Notes: generated from the sequence alone by a model not told the origin. A stretch of DNA of 64,000 bases from Patescibacteria group bacterium (GCA_023380755.1 JAMCSD010000006.1:39841-103840), one strand, 5' to 3'. Counted from the stretch's first letter, positions 43,186-53,337 are shown. Program-made: numbers and translations.

Positions 43186-43323
43186 TCACCCCCGCCCGAA
43201 TAGTGTCATCAGTAGGTTATAAAGCCGGACGACAACCGCAAAAAAGATCCTGATAAGCCAGTCCAAAACCACCAAGATAATTTGTTCCAGTTGGGCTAAC
43301 GCCGCCAGGAATGTTGATTCCAT
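43186..43323 (-). CDS. possible small hydrophobic protein (45 aa), below the ORF-track cutoff
   Basis: Hand translation gives MESTFLAALAQLEQIILVVLDWLIRIFFAVVVRLYNLLMTLFGRG*; it lies 50 nt upstream of the amidohydrolase gene on the same strand. Confidence 0.25.
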   Translation of the reverse strand: MESTFLAALAQLEQIILVVLDWLIRIFFAVVVRLYNLLMTLFGRG

Positions 43324-43436
43324 AGATTAATTATAGTCCTAAATTTAAACTCCAATGGTAAGTTGCACAAAAATTAATGCTTAACTTATAACTCAGTAAA
43401 ATATCGTAAAATAAAAAATTATCTGTTTTTAAATTT

Positions 43437-43997
43437 ATGCCCCCCAAAACCTTATCCGCCGAACAGCACCAAAAATTACTTGCTACCTTAAAAGCCCGTT
43501 TTGAGAAAAACAAAGGCCGTCATCCGGGTCTTGATTGGTCCAAAGTTCAAGCTCGGCTGGAAAAGAATCCTAATAAACTCTGGTCTCTTTCCGAAATGGA
43601 GCGCACCGGTGGTGAGCCCGATGTGGTCGGTCTCGATAAAAAAACTGGCGCCTATCTTTTTTACGACTGTAGCCGGGAAACCCCCGCTGGTCGTTGCAAT
43701 GCCTGTTATGACGAGGCCGCCTTAAAAGCCCGAAAAAAATTTCCCCCTAAGACTAGTGCTCAGAATTTGGCCACGGCCATGGGCGTTGACCTCTTAACTG
43801 AAGAACAATATCGGGAACTGCAAAAACTTGGCGAGTTCGATACCAAGTCCTCGAGCTGGATTAGTACTCCTGACCGGATCCGCCAACTCGGCGGCGCCCT
43901 CTTTTGCGACCGCCGCTTTGACACCGTCTTTGTCTATCACAATGGCGCTGATTCTTACTATGCCGGCCGGGGTTTTCGTAGCTCGCTTTGGGTCTAA
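43437..43997 (+). CDS. DUF4256-like protein
   Basis: 186 aa; LSEMERTGGEPDVVG and the FYDCS...R context match my recollection of DUF4256. Confidence 0.55.
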   Translation: MPPKTLSAEQHQKLLATLKARFEKNKGRHPGLDWSKVQARLEKNPNKLWSLSEMERTGGEPDVVGLDKKTGAYLFYDCSRETPAGRCNACYDEAALKARKKFPPKTSAQNLATAMGVDLLTEEQYRELQKLGEFDTKSSSWISTPDRIRQLGGALFCDRRFDTVFVYHNGADSYYAGRGFRSSLWV

Positions 43998-44083
43998 AAA
44001 ATATTTTTACGTCTGCCTTTTTTGGCTCTTTAATTTGACACTCCCGTTTTACCGGCCAGGGGAGTAGATACCGGAAACTGCCC

Positions 44084-45898
44084 TTAAACCACCAACACTT
44101 CGGTAAATCTTTTGTCCTCACTTAATCCTTTCCTGATCATCTCTTCTTCTTCCGGACTTAAGTCCTTAATTAAAATTCTGAGCTCAAAGTCCTCTTTATC
44201 GTTATCTTGGGCAATATGGATAATATTTTTATTCGTATTGCTGATCAACTGGACGACGTCAACCAATATTTTAGGCCGGTCTTTTCCTTTTAGTTTAATG
44301 CTGGTTAACCCGAGAGCCTCCTTCGTTATTCCCGCTTCATCCAGTTCTTTTTCGATCAGTGATTGCTTAATAAAGCCGTTTCCCACCATAAAATACAAGT
44401 CATCTGCCCCCTGGCAGCCTAATTTATACAACACCGGATTTATAGAATCCCCCAAGTCGGTCAGCACCAGCAAACCCCGCGGCCGCAGTACCCCCTCGAT
44501 TACTGCCTGCCCGTTTTTAATTAAAATATCTTTCCTTTGTAATCTTCTTTGTTCCAGAATTACTTTTCTGGTTTGCGGCAAACAATAATCTTCAGTCTCG
44601 GCCAACGGTGCCCGGCGGACCTCGCCTAAATTTACCCGCACCGTACTGGCATTGGGGATGACATATGTTAACGGTTTTTCCTGGCCGTCGACCGAAATTG
44701 AATTTGCTTCGGCTAAAACTCTTAAGTTGATCATCAACGCAAAATCAACCCCCGTCGCATTTTTGGGCAAAAACCTAATACTGCCGGTGGGGGTAAACAC
44801 AAATTTCAACACGTAATCTCTTAAATCCACATTGCCCTTTTTGATTAAACTGATCACTCCCCATCGGTTAAATCTTTCCATCTCGTCAGTCACTAACACT
44901 ATTTCTACCGGGCCTTGGGAAAAGTTAATTGTGGTTTGCAATGCTTCATAGCCGTTCATTCTTTTATTGGCGCCGATAAACTCATCAAAACGCTCGTAAT
45001 CCACCATCTCTCCAAAACTCTCATGGATTACCCTCAACATTTTGTAACAATCATCCGGTGAGCCTAATTGCACCCGAAAACTCACCAAATCGTTAATATC
45101 ATTAAAATTGTCCGGATTGCCTTTTCCCCGGATGGATAACTTTTCTTGCTTTTCCCTAAGTGTCCAGTAACCGTTTTTTCTCACTTCTACCTTTCCTCCG
45201 TCGATGTTGTTTTCCCCCAATAATTGTTCCAGCCGGCTTTGGACGTTACAGCTAAAAAAGGGGTTTAATCTGGGATCCGAATCAGCCAATTGTTTTGTCC
45301 TTTTGTAGCCATCGAGGTCTAAATACTGGAAACACCAATCCTCCAACTCGGTTTTTACCTGCCACATCCCCAATGATTCGGCCAGACGGGTATACACATC
45401 CAAAGTTTCTGAGGCTTTTTCCACCTGTTTTTCCGGGCTGACAAATCCTAAGGTCCTCATATTGTGCAGCCGGTCTGCCAGTTTGATGATCGCCACCCCG
45501 GGGTTTAAGTATGTTTTGCTTAAGACCTTTTTCAGTGTTTCCAGGTCATTGCTGGTTTGCAGTTTGGTTACTCCGTCGACCAGCTCCACCACCCCCTCTC
45601 CGAACTCCGCCTGAATTTGCTTTAAGGTTACTTTGGTGTCTTCCACAGTGTCATGCAGCAGGGCAGCCGCCAGATAATCGTCGTTGGTGATTCCCCATTC
45701 GTTGACTAATATTTTTAGGACTTCAACACAGTGGCTAAAATAGGGTTCCCCGGATTTCCTTTTAATACCGTCATGTGATTTTGATGCCAGATTATAAGCC
45801 GCCACCAGTTTCTCGGAATTAAATTCGATGTCTCCAATACTTCCACCAAAACTTATCACTTCCGGGAGCATTTGCAGTGATTTTACACCATTTTTCAA
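44084..45898 (-). CDS. RelA/SpoT homologue ((p)ppGpp hydrolase HD domain plus synthetase-like, TGS-like and ACT-like regions)
   Basis: HD domain SGEPYFSHCVEV...LLHDTVEDT...ADRLHNMRTL. The synthetase-like region has diverged motifs (NGYEALQT, VEIVLVT instead of GYqSlH, vEvQIRT). Confidence 0.8.
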   Translation of the reverse strand: MKNGVKSLQMLPEVISFGGSIGDIEFNSEKLVAAYNLASKSHDGIKRKSGEPYFSHCVEVLKILVNEWGITNDDYLAAALLHDTVEDTKVTLKQIQAEFGEGVVELVDGVTKLQTSNDLETLKKVLSKTYLNPGVAIIKLADRLHNMRTLGFVSPEKQVEKASETLDVYTRLAESLGMWQVKTELEDWCFQYLDLDGYKRTKQLADSDPRLNPFFSCNVQSRLEQLLGENNIDGGKVEVRKNGYWTLREKQEKLSIRGKGNPDNFNDINDLVSFRVQLGSPDDCYKMLRVIHESFGEMVDYERFDEFIGANKRMNGYEALQTTINFSQGPVEIVLVTDEMERFNRWGVISLIKKGNVDLRDYVLKFVFTPTGSIRFLPKNATGVDFALMINLRVLAEANSISVDGQEKPLTYVIPNASTVRVNLGEVRRAPLAETEDYCLPQTRKVILEQRRLQRKDILIKNGQAVIEGVLRPRGLLVLTDLGDSINPVLYKLGCQGADDLYFMVGNGFIKQSLIEKELDEAGITKEALGLTSIKLKGKDRPKILVDVVQLISNTNKNIIHIAQDNDKEDFELRILIKDLSPEEEEMIRKGLSEDKRFTEVLVV

Positions 45899-45988
45899 CT
45901 AATGCAATAACAACGACTGTCCCGCTTCCAACTTAGCTTCGTTTGATCCCTCCGCCAAAATTAGGTATCATTAATCAGAGGAGAATTT

Positions 45989-46444
45989 ATGGCTTTAAAG
46001 GAATTAGTTGGCAGTGGGGAGAAAATCATGCTCGTTACCCTACCCTTACTGGTCATCGGCTTAATCTTAAATTATTTATATCCTTCAGTCTTTGCCGTCG
46101 GTGGTTCGCCCGCAGTGGTCAACACCGTAGCTGTCCTCTTTTTGATTCCTGGTTTAATCATTTGGTTTTGGTCAGTGGCCCTGGTTTTAATTCATGTTCC
46201 TCACCAAAGATTAATCACTACTGGCCCCTATGTCTTAGTCCGCCATCCTTTATATACCGGTTTTGGCTTGCTGGTATTGCCCGCCGTCGGCCTGCTTCTA
46301 AATTCCTGGTTAGGCCTTCTTTTGGGGCTCATCGTTTATGGCGCCTCTCGGCTCTTTTCCCCGGAAGAGGAAAAGCATTTATCCCGCCTTTTTGGTACCC
46401 GTTGGGATGATTACCGCCGCGGGGTCAAAATTCCTTGGTTATAA
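45989..46444 (+). CDS. isoprenylcysteine carboxyl / phospholipid methyltransferase family membrane protein
   Basis: LITTGPYVLVRHPLYTG and EEEKHLSRLFGTRWDDYRRGV are ICMT/PEMT family signatures. Confidence 0.7.
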   Translation: MALKELVGSGEKIMLVTLPLLVIGLILNYLYPSVFAVGGSPAVVNTVAVLFLIPGLIIWFWSVALVLIHVPHQRLITTGPYVLVRHPLYTGFGLLVLPAVGLLLNSWLGLLLGLIVYGASRLFSPEEEKHLSRLFGTRWDDYRRGVKIPWL

Positions 46445-46484
46445 ATTTACGCCAGAAATCTTAGCTGTCCGCTATACTTCTCTC

Positions 46485-46913
46485 ATGGACCACCCCCATC
46501 CTCGTATTGGTGTCGGTGTCTTCGTTTTTAAAAATGGCCGATTCCTCATGGGTTGCCGTCGGGGTTCCCATGGCTCGGGCAGTTGGTCTGTTCCTGGTGG
46601 CCACCTGGAGTTTGGCGAAACCATTGAAACGGCTGCCAAAAGGGAAGTCAAAGAAGAAACCAACCTGGAAATCTCCCGCCTAAAAATTGCCGGTGTCACC
46701 AACGACATCTTTGAAAGTGAAGGTAAACACTACCTTACCATTTGGGTCACTAGCTTTTGGCAGAGCGGTACTCCCCGCATTATGGAGCCCGACAAATTCA
46801 TTGATTTGGACTGGTACAATTTTGATACCTTGTCCTCCAATCTCTTTTTACCCTGGCGCCAACTTTTCGAATCTGATTTTCTTTTGACCATTAAAAATTT
46901 GTTGGCTAGCTAG
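46485..46913 (+). CDS. NUDIX hydrolase
   Basis: Nudix box GGHLEFGETIETAAKREVKEETNL; the start is moved to ATG 46485 (the track ORF overlaps the upstream gene). Confidence 0.8.
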   Translation: MDHPHPRIGVGVFVFKNGRFLMGCRRGSHGSGSWSVPGGHLEFGETIETAAKREVKEETNLEISRLKIAGVTNDIFESEGKHYLTIWVTSFWQSGTPRIMEPDKFIDLDWYNFDTLSSNLFLPWRQLFESDFLLTIKNLLAS

Positions 46914-46923
46914 CCCCCCTTTC

Positions 46924-47733
46924 TTAATCGCTCTTAATTTCCGGCAGTAATACTTCCACCATTTTATTGATCTCGTTGCTGCTAAAACTTGATTTTTTGA
47001 TCTCCACTCGCTGCCCGTCCTGCAGCAGTTTCAAAAAATCACCAAACATTTTCCGGTCGGGGAAATCTCGGTAATCAATCAATGACAGGGGATTGCTGTC
47101 CACATCACTCGGCACTACTAAAGTTTGTTTAAAATCCTTGGCCACCTTAAATTCCCCTTCGGTTTTTGCCAAAGCTTCCAATCCTAATTCTTCTAATTTT
47201 CCTCGGTGCCGGTTAAGCCAGGCCACTGTCCGTTCTAACGTTTTTCGAATTCCCGTACCCGCCAGTTGGGAAAAACAGCGCCGGTCCAAATGCTTTCCCG
47301 ATTTAACTTCCCCCACCCCCTTTATCGTGATTCCTTCCTCGTCGACTTCCACGAAAGCTAAATCCGGATTCCGGCCGATAACCAATTCCCGGTTCCGATC
47401 ATAATCTTCCGGATTGTGTAATAGCTGCAACAATTCGGCTGCTTGTGCCGAATCCTCCTCCTGCATTTCGGCCCGGGCCAGCATTTCAAAAAACCGTCCT
47501 TTAACTGTCCTTCTTTTATCAATCTGGTGTTGGGGCAGACCCTTTCTTTGCGAATATTCATCTTCTTCCTGTTGGACTTTCCTGACGTAATTACCTAATT
47601 GTTCCGGTAAATTTGCTGGCAGTCGGTTTAAAATATTTTGCTTTCCTGACTCCTGAGGGGTTAGTGGCAGTTGATTTTCGACTGTACTGACTGTATCCGG
47701 AATCTTGTCGATCACCACACCATAGAATAGCAA
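46924..47733 (-). CDS. hypothetical protein, possible PD-(D/E)xK-fold nuclease
   Basis: NPDLAFVEV ... GVGEVKSG gives a D ... E-x-K arrangement; this is weak motif-level evidence only. Confidence 0.4.
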   Translation of the reverse strand: MLFYGVVIDKIPDTVSTVENQLPLTPQESGKQNILNRLPANLPEQLGNYVRKVQQEEDEYSQRKGLPQHQIDKRRTVKGRFFEMLARAEMQEEDSAQAAELLQLLHNPEDYDRNRELVIGRNPDLAFVEVDEEGITIKGVGEVKSGKHLDRRCFSQLAGTGIRKTLERTVAWLNRHRGKLEELGLEALAKTEGEFKVAKDFKQTLVVPSDVDSNPLSLIDYRDFPDRKMFGDFLKLLQDGQRVEIKKSSFSSNEINKMVEVLLPEIKSD

Positions 47734-47740
47734 ACTCTTA

Positions 47741-48364
47741 TCAGTTTGGGATATTTTTTCCTGAAGCGTTTTTACAGCGGTTATTTACGTTACCGCATTC
47801 CAAGTTACAGGTTGAATCCCGACCATATAACTTTGGGCATTGGCTCATACTTGGGTCATTGAAAAGTTCGCAATCTCCCAGTTTTCCTCCACCGGGAGCA
47901 CACACATACGAACAACGGACCAGTCCGGCATTGGTACTCGAAATCCCATAATTATAAATACAATCCGGGCCGCACCCGCCCTCGCAGCCCACCAGTTTAA
48001 TTGATTCATCCTGGTCATAAGTTAGCAGGGTATACACTTGAAACGATTGTGGCTCTCCACCCTTAGTATGATACACATAAGGTTCATTGCTGACCGGATC
48101 ACACGGTATGATGGGGGAAACTACTTTTTGATTAAACTCCAATGGTTGGCCGCAATTGGGTAGTTCTCTCGGATAAGTTCCCGCGTCGGAATAATAACTC
48201 TCCAAATAAGTTTTAATTTTCTGCAAGTCAGCCTTCCGCCGGGCATCATAGGCCCGATTGATCAGCGAAGGCATTACCATATACGAAACCACCATTAACA
48301 TTGCTAATATTGCTACCGATATCATTATTTCCACCAAAGAAAACCCCGACTGTTTCATTCCCAC
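47741..48364 (-). CDS. type IV pilin / pseudopilin-like protein with a Cys-rich C-terminal domain
   Basis: Prepilin signal KQSGFSLVEIMISVAILAMLMVV (G|FSLVE cleavage/methylation motif); 12 Cys in the C-terminal part. Confidence 0.75.
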   Translation of the reverse strand: MGMKQSGFSLVEIMISVAILAMLMVVSYMVMPSLINRAYDARRKADLQKIKTYLESYYSDAGTYPRELPNCGQPLEFNQKVVSPIIPCDPVSNEPYVYHTKGGEPQSFQVYTLLTYDQDESIKLVGCEGGCGPDCIYNYGISSTNAGLVRCSYVCAPGGGKLGDCELFNDPSMSQCPKLYGRDSTCNLECGNVNNRCKNASGKNIPN

Positions 48365-48474
48365 TTGTTTTCATTATAGCTTAGGGTTAATTTTAATGCT
48401 AATTTGCCCGTGCTATACTCCCGGTGTTCTTTAATAATCCTTAAGCTTAACGCTCAACCGGAGGTATTTGTCAG

Positions 48475-48858
48475 ATGAACAAGACCTGGCTTCGACTCAC
48501 CACCATTCGCCTTACCCGTCCCGACGGCAGTTCGGAAATTGTTGATCTCTTTCGGATCGGTCATCTTAAGCCTGGTAACGAAGAGTGTGTTGTTTGCGGT
48601 ATGCCGGTTAGTACTAACCACCCGGCTTATGTTTTTCGTTTCCGTAACCGAAACTATGGCTCTATTTATATTCCCGCCCACCCCCAGCATTTCCCGGTAG
48701 CCGAGGAAAGGATGGCCCGTCTTCAGGAACGGCTTCGAACCGCCTATCGTTTGGCTCCTCTGCAAGACCTCAACGATCCCTTTACCCAACTCTTAGACAA
48801 ATTCAAATTACGCTGGTATCCTGTCACCCAAGACACCGAAGTCTTAGTGAGCGTTTAA
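48475..48858 (+). CDS. hypothetical protein
   Basis: 127-aa ORF, preferred over the overlapping antisense ORF 48454..48789. Confidence 0.4.
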   Translation: MNKTWLRLTTIRLTRPDGSSEIVDLFRIGHLKPGNEECVVCGMPVSTNHPAYVFRFRNRNYGSIYIPAHPQHFPVAEERMARLQERLRTAYRLAPLQDLNDPFTQLLDKFKLRWYPVTQDTEVLVSV

Positions 48859-49096
48859 GCTTAAACACCCGTATTCATGGAAACCTCAAATTAATCCCAA
48901 AGCGGATCTAATTATAAAAATTTTCATGATACGGGTGTTTCGGATTGTCTAATCCTGACTCCTTTTTGGGATAATAAATCATGGCCTGGTCAAATTCCTG
49001 GATCATCATTAATTCTAAAAGCAGTCATGGAAAAATACCCAGAGTCATTATTCGCACTTTATACCGGCCGTCTGGTGCTACAATCGTTATTACTGT

Positions 49097-50056
49097 ATGG
49101 CTCGAGTAAATCCGGAAAATTCCCCTGACTATTTGTCAAATATTTATTCTCAAATTTTTGAGGAAAGGCTTCGCCAGCAAGCTGCCTTAGATAAAATTTT
49201 TGATGATATTCTGGTTCGCCAAGGTGGTTGGGATAAATTTTTACTTTACACCCAGCCGGGGAATTTAAAAGTTTGGGCCTATCGCAATACTGACGCCGAA
49301 TTAGATCATATCGGTATCGGTGCTATTCATGGTGGTTCTGAAGAAATTGGCTATGTTGCCTGGGCCGATTACGCCTCAAAATTAATCGAGATCGATCGAA
49401 GGTTCCTTCTCATTCCTTGCGCCAACAAATGGGGGCACGCCCACTTAGAGCGTTATAGCCCTAACGGCCAAAGTGTTGGCGACGCCGGCGAGTTTTTTGG
49501 CGCCAGCCTTACCTGTCCCACCCCCGAGTCCGAGCACCTTCTCCGATTTTTCGCCGCCCAAAAAATCAAACCCGAACTGCCGCTCGCCCGAGTCACCGAT
49601 CGTACACGGGTCCTCGACATTCATGAAGACACTTCCTGGGATGATAGCCTGGAGGGTTTGATTGGTCCTGCTCGCCTTCGCGCTTTGGTCCAAATATATC
49701 GTGGTTACGCCTATCACAACGGTAAAACTCGGAACAGTCCCGATGCTAATTATACTTACCTCTATTTCAATAGTCGGGGCAGCGAAGATCACCCTCTGGT
49801 CCACCGGGTCACGGCCACCGTCCGGGCCAATGGCAACCACCTTCCCCGTTATGCCTCGACCCGCTTTTCAGGGGAAACCGTCAGCGAGGGTGTGGTCTGG
49901 AACTCTCAGGATCTTTCCCTGGGTCATGCCCTGGCCTTTATGGGTGCCTCCGTAATTACTGCCGAGACTCTCCGCCGCACCCCTCTGGACCCCACCCTTC
50001 AGTTTCGCCGCCATCAGCAGCGGCTGATTATTGATACCTTCCTCGGACTCCGTTAA
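49097..50056 (+). CDS. hypothetical protein
   Basis: 319-aa ORF; no motif recognised. Confidence 0.5.
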   Translation: MARVNPENSPDYLSNIYSQIFEERLRQQAALDKIFDDILVRQGGWDKFLLYTQPGNLKVWAYRNTDAELDHIGIGAIHGGSEEIGYVAWADYASKLIEIDRRFLLIPCANKWGHAHLERYSPNGQSVGDAGEFFGASLTCPTPESEHLLRFFAAQKIKPELPLARVTDRTRVLDIHEDTSWDDSLEGLIGPARLRALVQIYRGYAYHNGKTRNSPDANYTYLYFNSRGSEDHPLVHRVTATVRANGNHLPRYASTRFSGETVSEGVVWNSQDLSLGHALAFMGASVITAETLRRTPLDPTLQFRRHQQRLIIDTFLGLR

Positions 50057-50256
50057 AAATCTTCCTCCGAATAATTTATCTTTTGGATCTTGACGGTTAA
50101 TTTCTCCCGATGGTAAAATTTCCGGCTGGTTAAATCAACACGGATTTTTGCGTCTGTTCAGGTTTAATAAAAAAGCACCTTAAAATCGGAAGAAAAACTC
50201 GTCTCTTCAAGCTTTCCATTTCTGGATTAGCTTTAACTTTTTAAAGGAGAATCGTT

Positions 50257-50565
50257 ATGTGTGGTCCAATGGTCCCCATGGGTATACCCATCACTGATGA
50301 TATTCATAAGCGTTATTCGCCGGAGCTTCAAGCCGCCTGGGAGACTTTTCATAGCTGGCTGGTCCAACAACCCGACTGGTTCATCTCTGAAAACGACATG
50401 TCCCCCGAAGTCGCTCAAGCTCGTCAACTCATTCTGGCTGCCCCCATTCCGGGTTTCGAGTCAGAGGGACTCACTGGCGCTGATAGTTGCTATATGCACG
50501 GGGTGTCCGAACGTTTAGGCCAAACCTTTCCTGTCTCCACAGAGCTCTTAGTCAACCTTAACTAA
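50257..50565 (+). CDS. hypothetical protein
   Basis: 102 aa; strong RBS aaaggaga 7 nt upstream of the ATG. Confidence 0.5.
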   Translation: MCGPMVPMGIPITDDIHKRYSPELQAAWETFHSWLVQQPDWFISENDMSPEVAQARQLILAAPIPGFESEGLTGADSCYMHGVSERLGQTFPVSTELLVNLN

Positions 50566-50661
50566 TCATTTCTTCCGTTGCCCCCAATTTGGGTTCTAAA
50601 AATATCCATGTTGGGGGTTTAATTTTCTACTTTCTCACTTTTATGCTACCCTGTAGGTAAT

Positions 50662-51459
50662 ATGACACTTACACCCCTTTCCCAAATTTTTAATCTTTCC
50701 TCTAAAACCGCCATTGTTACCGGTGGCGCCATGGGGATCGGTCTGGGCATTGTTATTCGTTTGGCCGAAGCCGGGGCCAATGTAGTTATCGCCGATGTTA
50801 ACGACACTGCCGGTAATGCGGCCGTTACTGATTTACAAAACCAGGGCTTTAAAGTCGCATTTATCAAAACTGATGTTAGTTCCGAAACCGATGTGGCTGC
50901 CGCCGTTAATTTTGCCGTCACTACCTTTGGTGGACTGGATATTGTGGTCAACAATGCCGGTATTTACCCCACTATTCCGGTAATGCAGCTCGATTTGGCC
51001 ACCTTTGATAAGGTCCTGGCCATCAACCTCAAAAGCGTTTTCCTTTTTACCAAAGCTGCCGCTGCCAAAATGATTGAGCAGGGGAGAGGTGGCAAGATTA
51101 TCAATGTCTCTTCCATTGATGCTCTTCACCCTTCATCTGTCGGCTTAGCGGTTTACGATGCTTCTAAACATGGCGTCTGGGGTTTTACCAAAAATTCTGC
51201 CCTGGAACTTGCTCCTCATAACATTACCGTTAATGCCATTGCTCCCGGTGGTATTGCTACCCCTGGTACTGGCATGGGTACCGGCAATGTCTCTCCCGAC
51301 ATGAAAGCCATTATCGACAAGTTCGTCGCCCGGATTCCCTTAAAGCGGATGGGTGAGGCTGATGATATCGGCAAAGTGGCTCTCTTTTTAGCCTCCGACC
51401 TGGCGGGTTATATGACTGGTTCCCAAGTGGTCGTCGACGGCGGAGTGCTCCTTTCCTAA
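50662..51459 (+). CDS. short-chain dehydrogenase/reductase (FabG-like)
   Basis: TGGAMGIGLG cofactor motif, NNAG, and catalytic YDASKHG. Confidence 0.85.
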   Translation: MTLTPLSQIFNLSSKTAIVTGGAMGIGLGIVIRLAEAGANVVIADVNDTAGNAAVTDLQNQGFKVAFIKTDVSSETDVAAAVNFAVTTFGGLDIVVNNAGIYPTIPVMQLDLATFDKVLAINLKSVFLFTKAAAAKMIEQGRGGKIINVSSIDALHPSSVGLAVYDASKHGVWGFTKNSALELAPHNITVNAIAPGGIATPGTGMGTGNVSPDMKAIIDKFVARIPLKRMGEADDIGKVALFLASDLAGYMTGSQVVVDGGVLLS

Positions 51460-51504
51460 TCACTGAGTCCTATAATACGCATTTCGTGATAAAATATATC
51501 CGAA

Positions 51505-53337
51505 ATGTCCAAGGAAAAAGCTACACTTTTCCATACCGAAAAATTAACGTTACTGCCCGGTATTACTGTTCAGGGTCCCCTAGGCCTAGATTTCTTTCAG
51601 GCTGATTCTGCCTCTCACCCTAAACTGGCCCGCGAAGCTGCCGCCCGCCGCCATCTTTATGATCTAACCAAAGCCGTCTTAGATGACAGCCAACCTTTTA
51701 ATAACCCCACCCTTTTAACCGAATTGTATCAACATCTGACCACTTTCTTGGCCGCCGATGATCTTCACGGTCGCCTTCTGCTTTATCTACCCGAAAAACT
51801 ATTGCCCGACACCCACCAGCCCGCCAAAACCACTGCCCTCCGTCAATCGGAAATGGCTTTTGTGGCTCAATATCAACAGAGTTGGCTCCGCCTCCTTTTT
51901 GAAAGTAACTCCCGAGCTGCCTTTGTTGACGGCGATGTTCTGGAGCCAGGCTTGGGTGAACCGCCCACTGTCCGCAAGGCCGCCCACCTCCTTCCCGATA
52001 TTTTGGCTCATGGCCTTGTCCCGCTTGGTGACATTGCCGACCTTTACCGCTTTTGTGATGATCCGGAATTGGTCCAGTCTTTATCCGAGGGCCTGATTGT
52101 GGCTGCCGACCACGGCCTGGTTAGTCCCGACTTTCTTCATCATCTGGGCATCGAAATCCCACCAGTAACCACCGCCGATAACACCCCTAATTCTCCAGAT
52201 CCCCTCGATTATCTTCGCCAATCCTTAATCCAAATTGATCTCCGCTATTCTCCCGGTTCACCTTTCATTTCTCATTGGAGCCCGGCCCGGATTAAATGGG
52301 ATCAGCAGGTCCAGCGCGATGCGGCTATCAACCGAACCGCCGAAATCCTCTCCCAACGTCTGATTTTGACCCCTCATTCCACGGCGGCTATTGATACTTT
52401 ATTTACCCAGCGTGGTTATGACCATGCTTATACCCTCGTCGCTTTAAAAGGCCTCTTTCTTGCCGGCCAAAATGTTTCCGCCATTGTCGATACCTACTTA
52501 CCGCTTATCACCAATCTTTGGTCGGCGGCTCCCCCCACGGAAATCAAAAATTCGATTGCCAGTGGTCTAAACCATTGGGCCCGGCTCGGTTTAGTTTCTC
52601 CTAACTTGCTTCATCATTTAAATATCCCTTATCCTGATTTGGCTTCCCCTCTGCCGGTTAGCCCCCGGGAACTGTTTACTGGTGAATTCCGGTATTTAAC
52701 TGATGTCGTCCAGACCATACACCGGGATCCCCAATTATCCACTCTCTTTTACCCGGCCATTTTGGTATTCGGCTCTCGCGTCAAAGGTATTGCTGATTTG
52801 GCCGCCGATCACGATTTAGCCGTATTTTTAAAGCCCGACACCCCTTGGAGTCAGCGTCAGCCGGCCTTGGCTCTTCTCAAAGAAAAAAATCCCTCTTTAA
52901 ATCGCCTCGACAAAATCCTGGAATATTGGGTCTCTCAAAAAGATGGTCAGCTTGGCCTAAAACCCGTCCCCGAGGGCACTACCACTGTCGCTGGTCCCGG
53001 AGAAATCCATTTCTTAATAGACGGTTTTTGGATTGGCGCCCAGGGGGGCTACGAAACTCTTTACGCCCATCTCGCCCAAAAGTATTTAGATCTCAGCCGC
53101 TTTGGTGATCAAAAATCCGCCGTCCGTTCCCAGCTTTTGCACAAACTCGAGCTTGACCTGCTGCAGTTCCGCTTAATGCACAAAGGCTATCGCCGCTTTT
53201 ACCCCACCGCCCGGCCGGTCAATGCTCCTCATGCCGCCCTGATTGATGGCGATAGTGATTTTTGGGACCCCGGGTACCGCCGCATTGCCACTCTCCTCTT
53301 TCTTAGCCGGGTCTTTTTACCGGATATCTCGGCATAA
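51505..53337 (+). CDS. large hypothetical protein with a C-terminal minimal nucleotidyltransferase domain
   Basis: 610 aa; ILVFGSRVKGIADLAADHDLAVFL (GS-x9-11-D-x-D Pol-beta-type NTase signature); the N-terminal ~400 aa are unrecognised. Confidence 0.55.
   Translation: MSKEKATLFHTEKLTLLPGITVQGPLGLDFFQADSASHPKLAREAAARRHLYDLTKAVLDDSQPFNNPTLLTELYQHLTTFLAADDLHGRLLLYLPEKLLPDTHQPAKTTALRQSEMAFVAQYQQSWLRLLFESNSRAAFVDGDVLEPGLGEPPTVRKAAHLLPDILAHGLVPLGDIADLYRFCDDPELVQSLSEGLIVAADHGLVSPDFLHHLGIEIPPVTTADNTPNSPDPLDYLRQSLIQIDLRYSPGSPFISHWSPARIKWDQQVQRDAAINRTAEILSQRLILTPHSTAAIDTLFTQRGYDHAYTLVALKGLFLAGQNVSAIVDTYLPLITNLWSAAPPTEIKNSIASGLNHWARLGLVSPNLLHHLNIPYPDLASPLPVSPRELFTGEFRYLTDVVQTIHRDPQLSTLFYPAILVFGSRVKGIADLAADHDLAVFLKPDTPWSQRQPALALLKEKNPSLNRLDKILEYWVSQKDGQLGLKPVPEGTTTVAGPGEIHFLIDGFWIGAQGGYETLYAHLAQKYLDLSRFGDQKSAVRSQLLHKLELDLLQFRLMHKGYRRFYPTARPVNAPHAALIDGDSDFWDPGYRRIATLLFLSRVFLPDISA

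Noticed and set aside
46338-46484. N-terminal extension of the NUDIX ORF, and alternative-frame ORF 45943..46410.
   Set aside because: Both overlap the ICMT-family gene (45989..46444), which has clear family motifs. The NUDIX domain begins right after ATG 46485.
48454-48789. Minus-strand 111-aa ORF overlapping 48475..48858.
   Set aside because: The two ORFs are mutually exclusive. The + strand ORF was preferred on its sequence character, but neither has a recognisable motif, so confidence is low.
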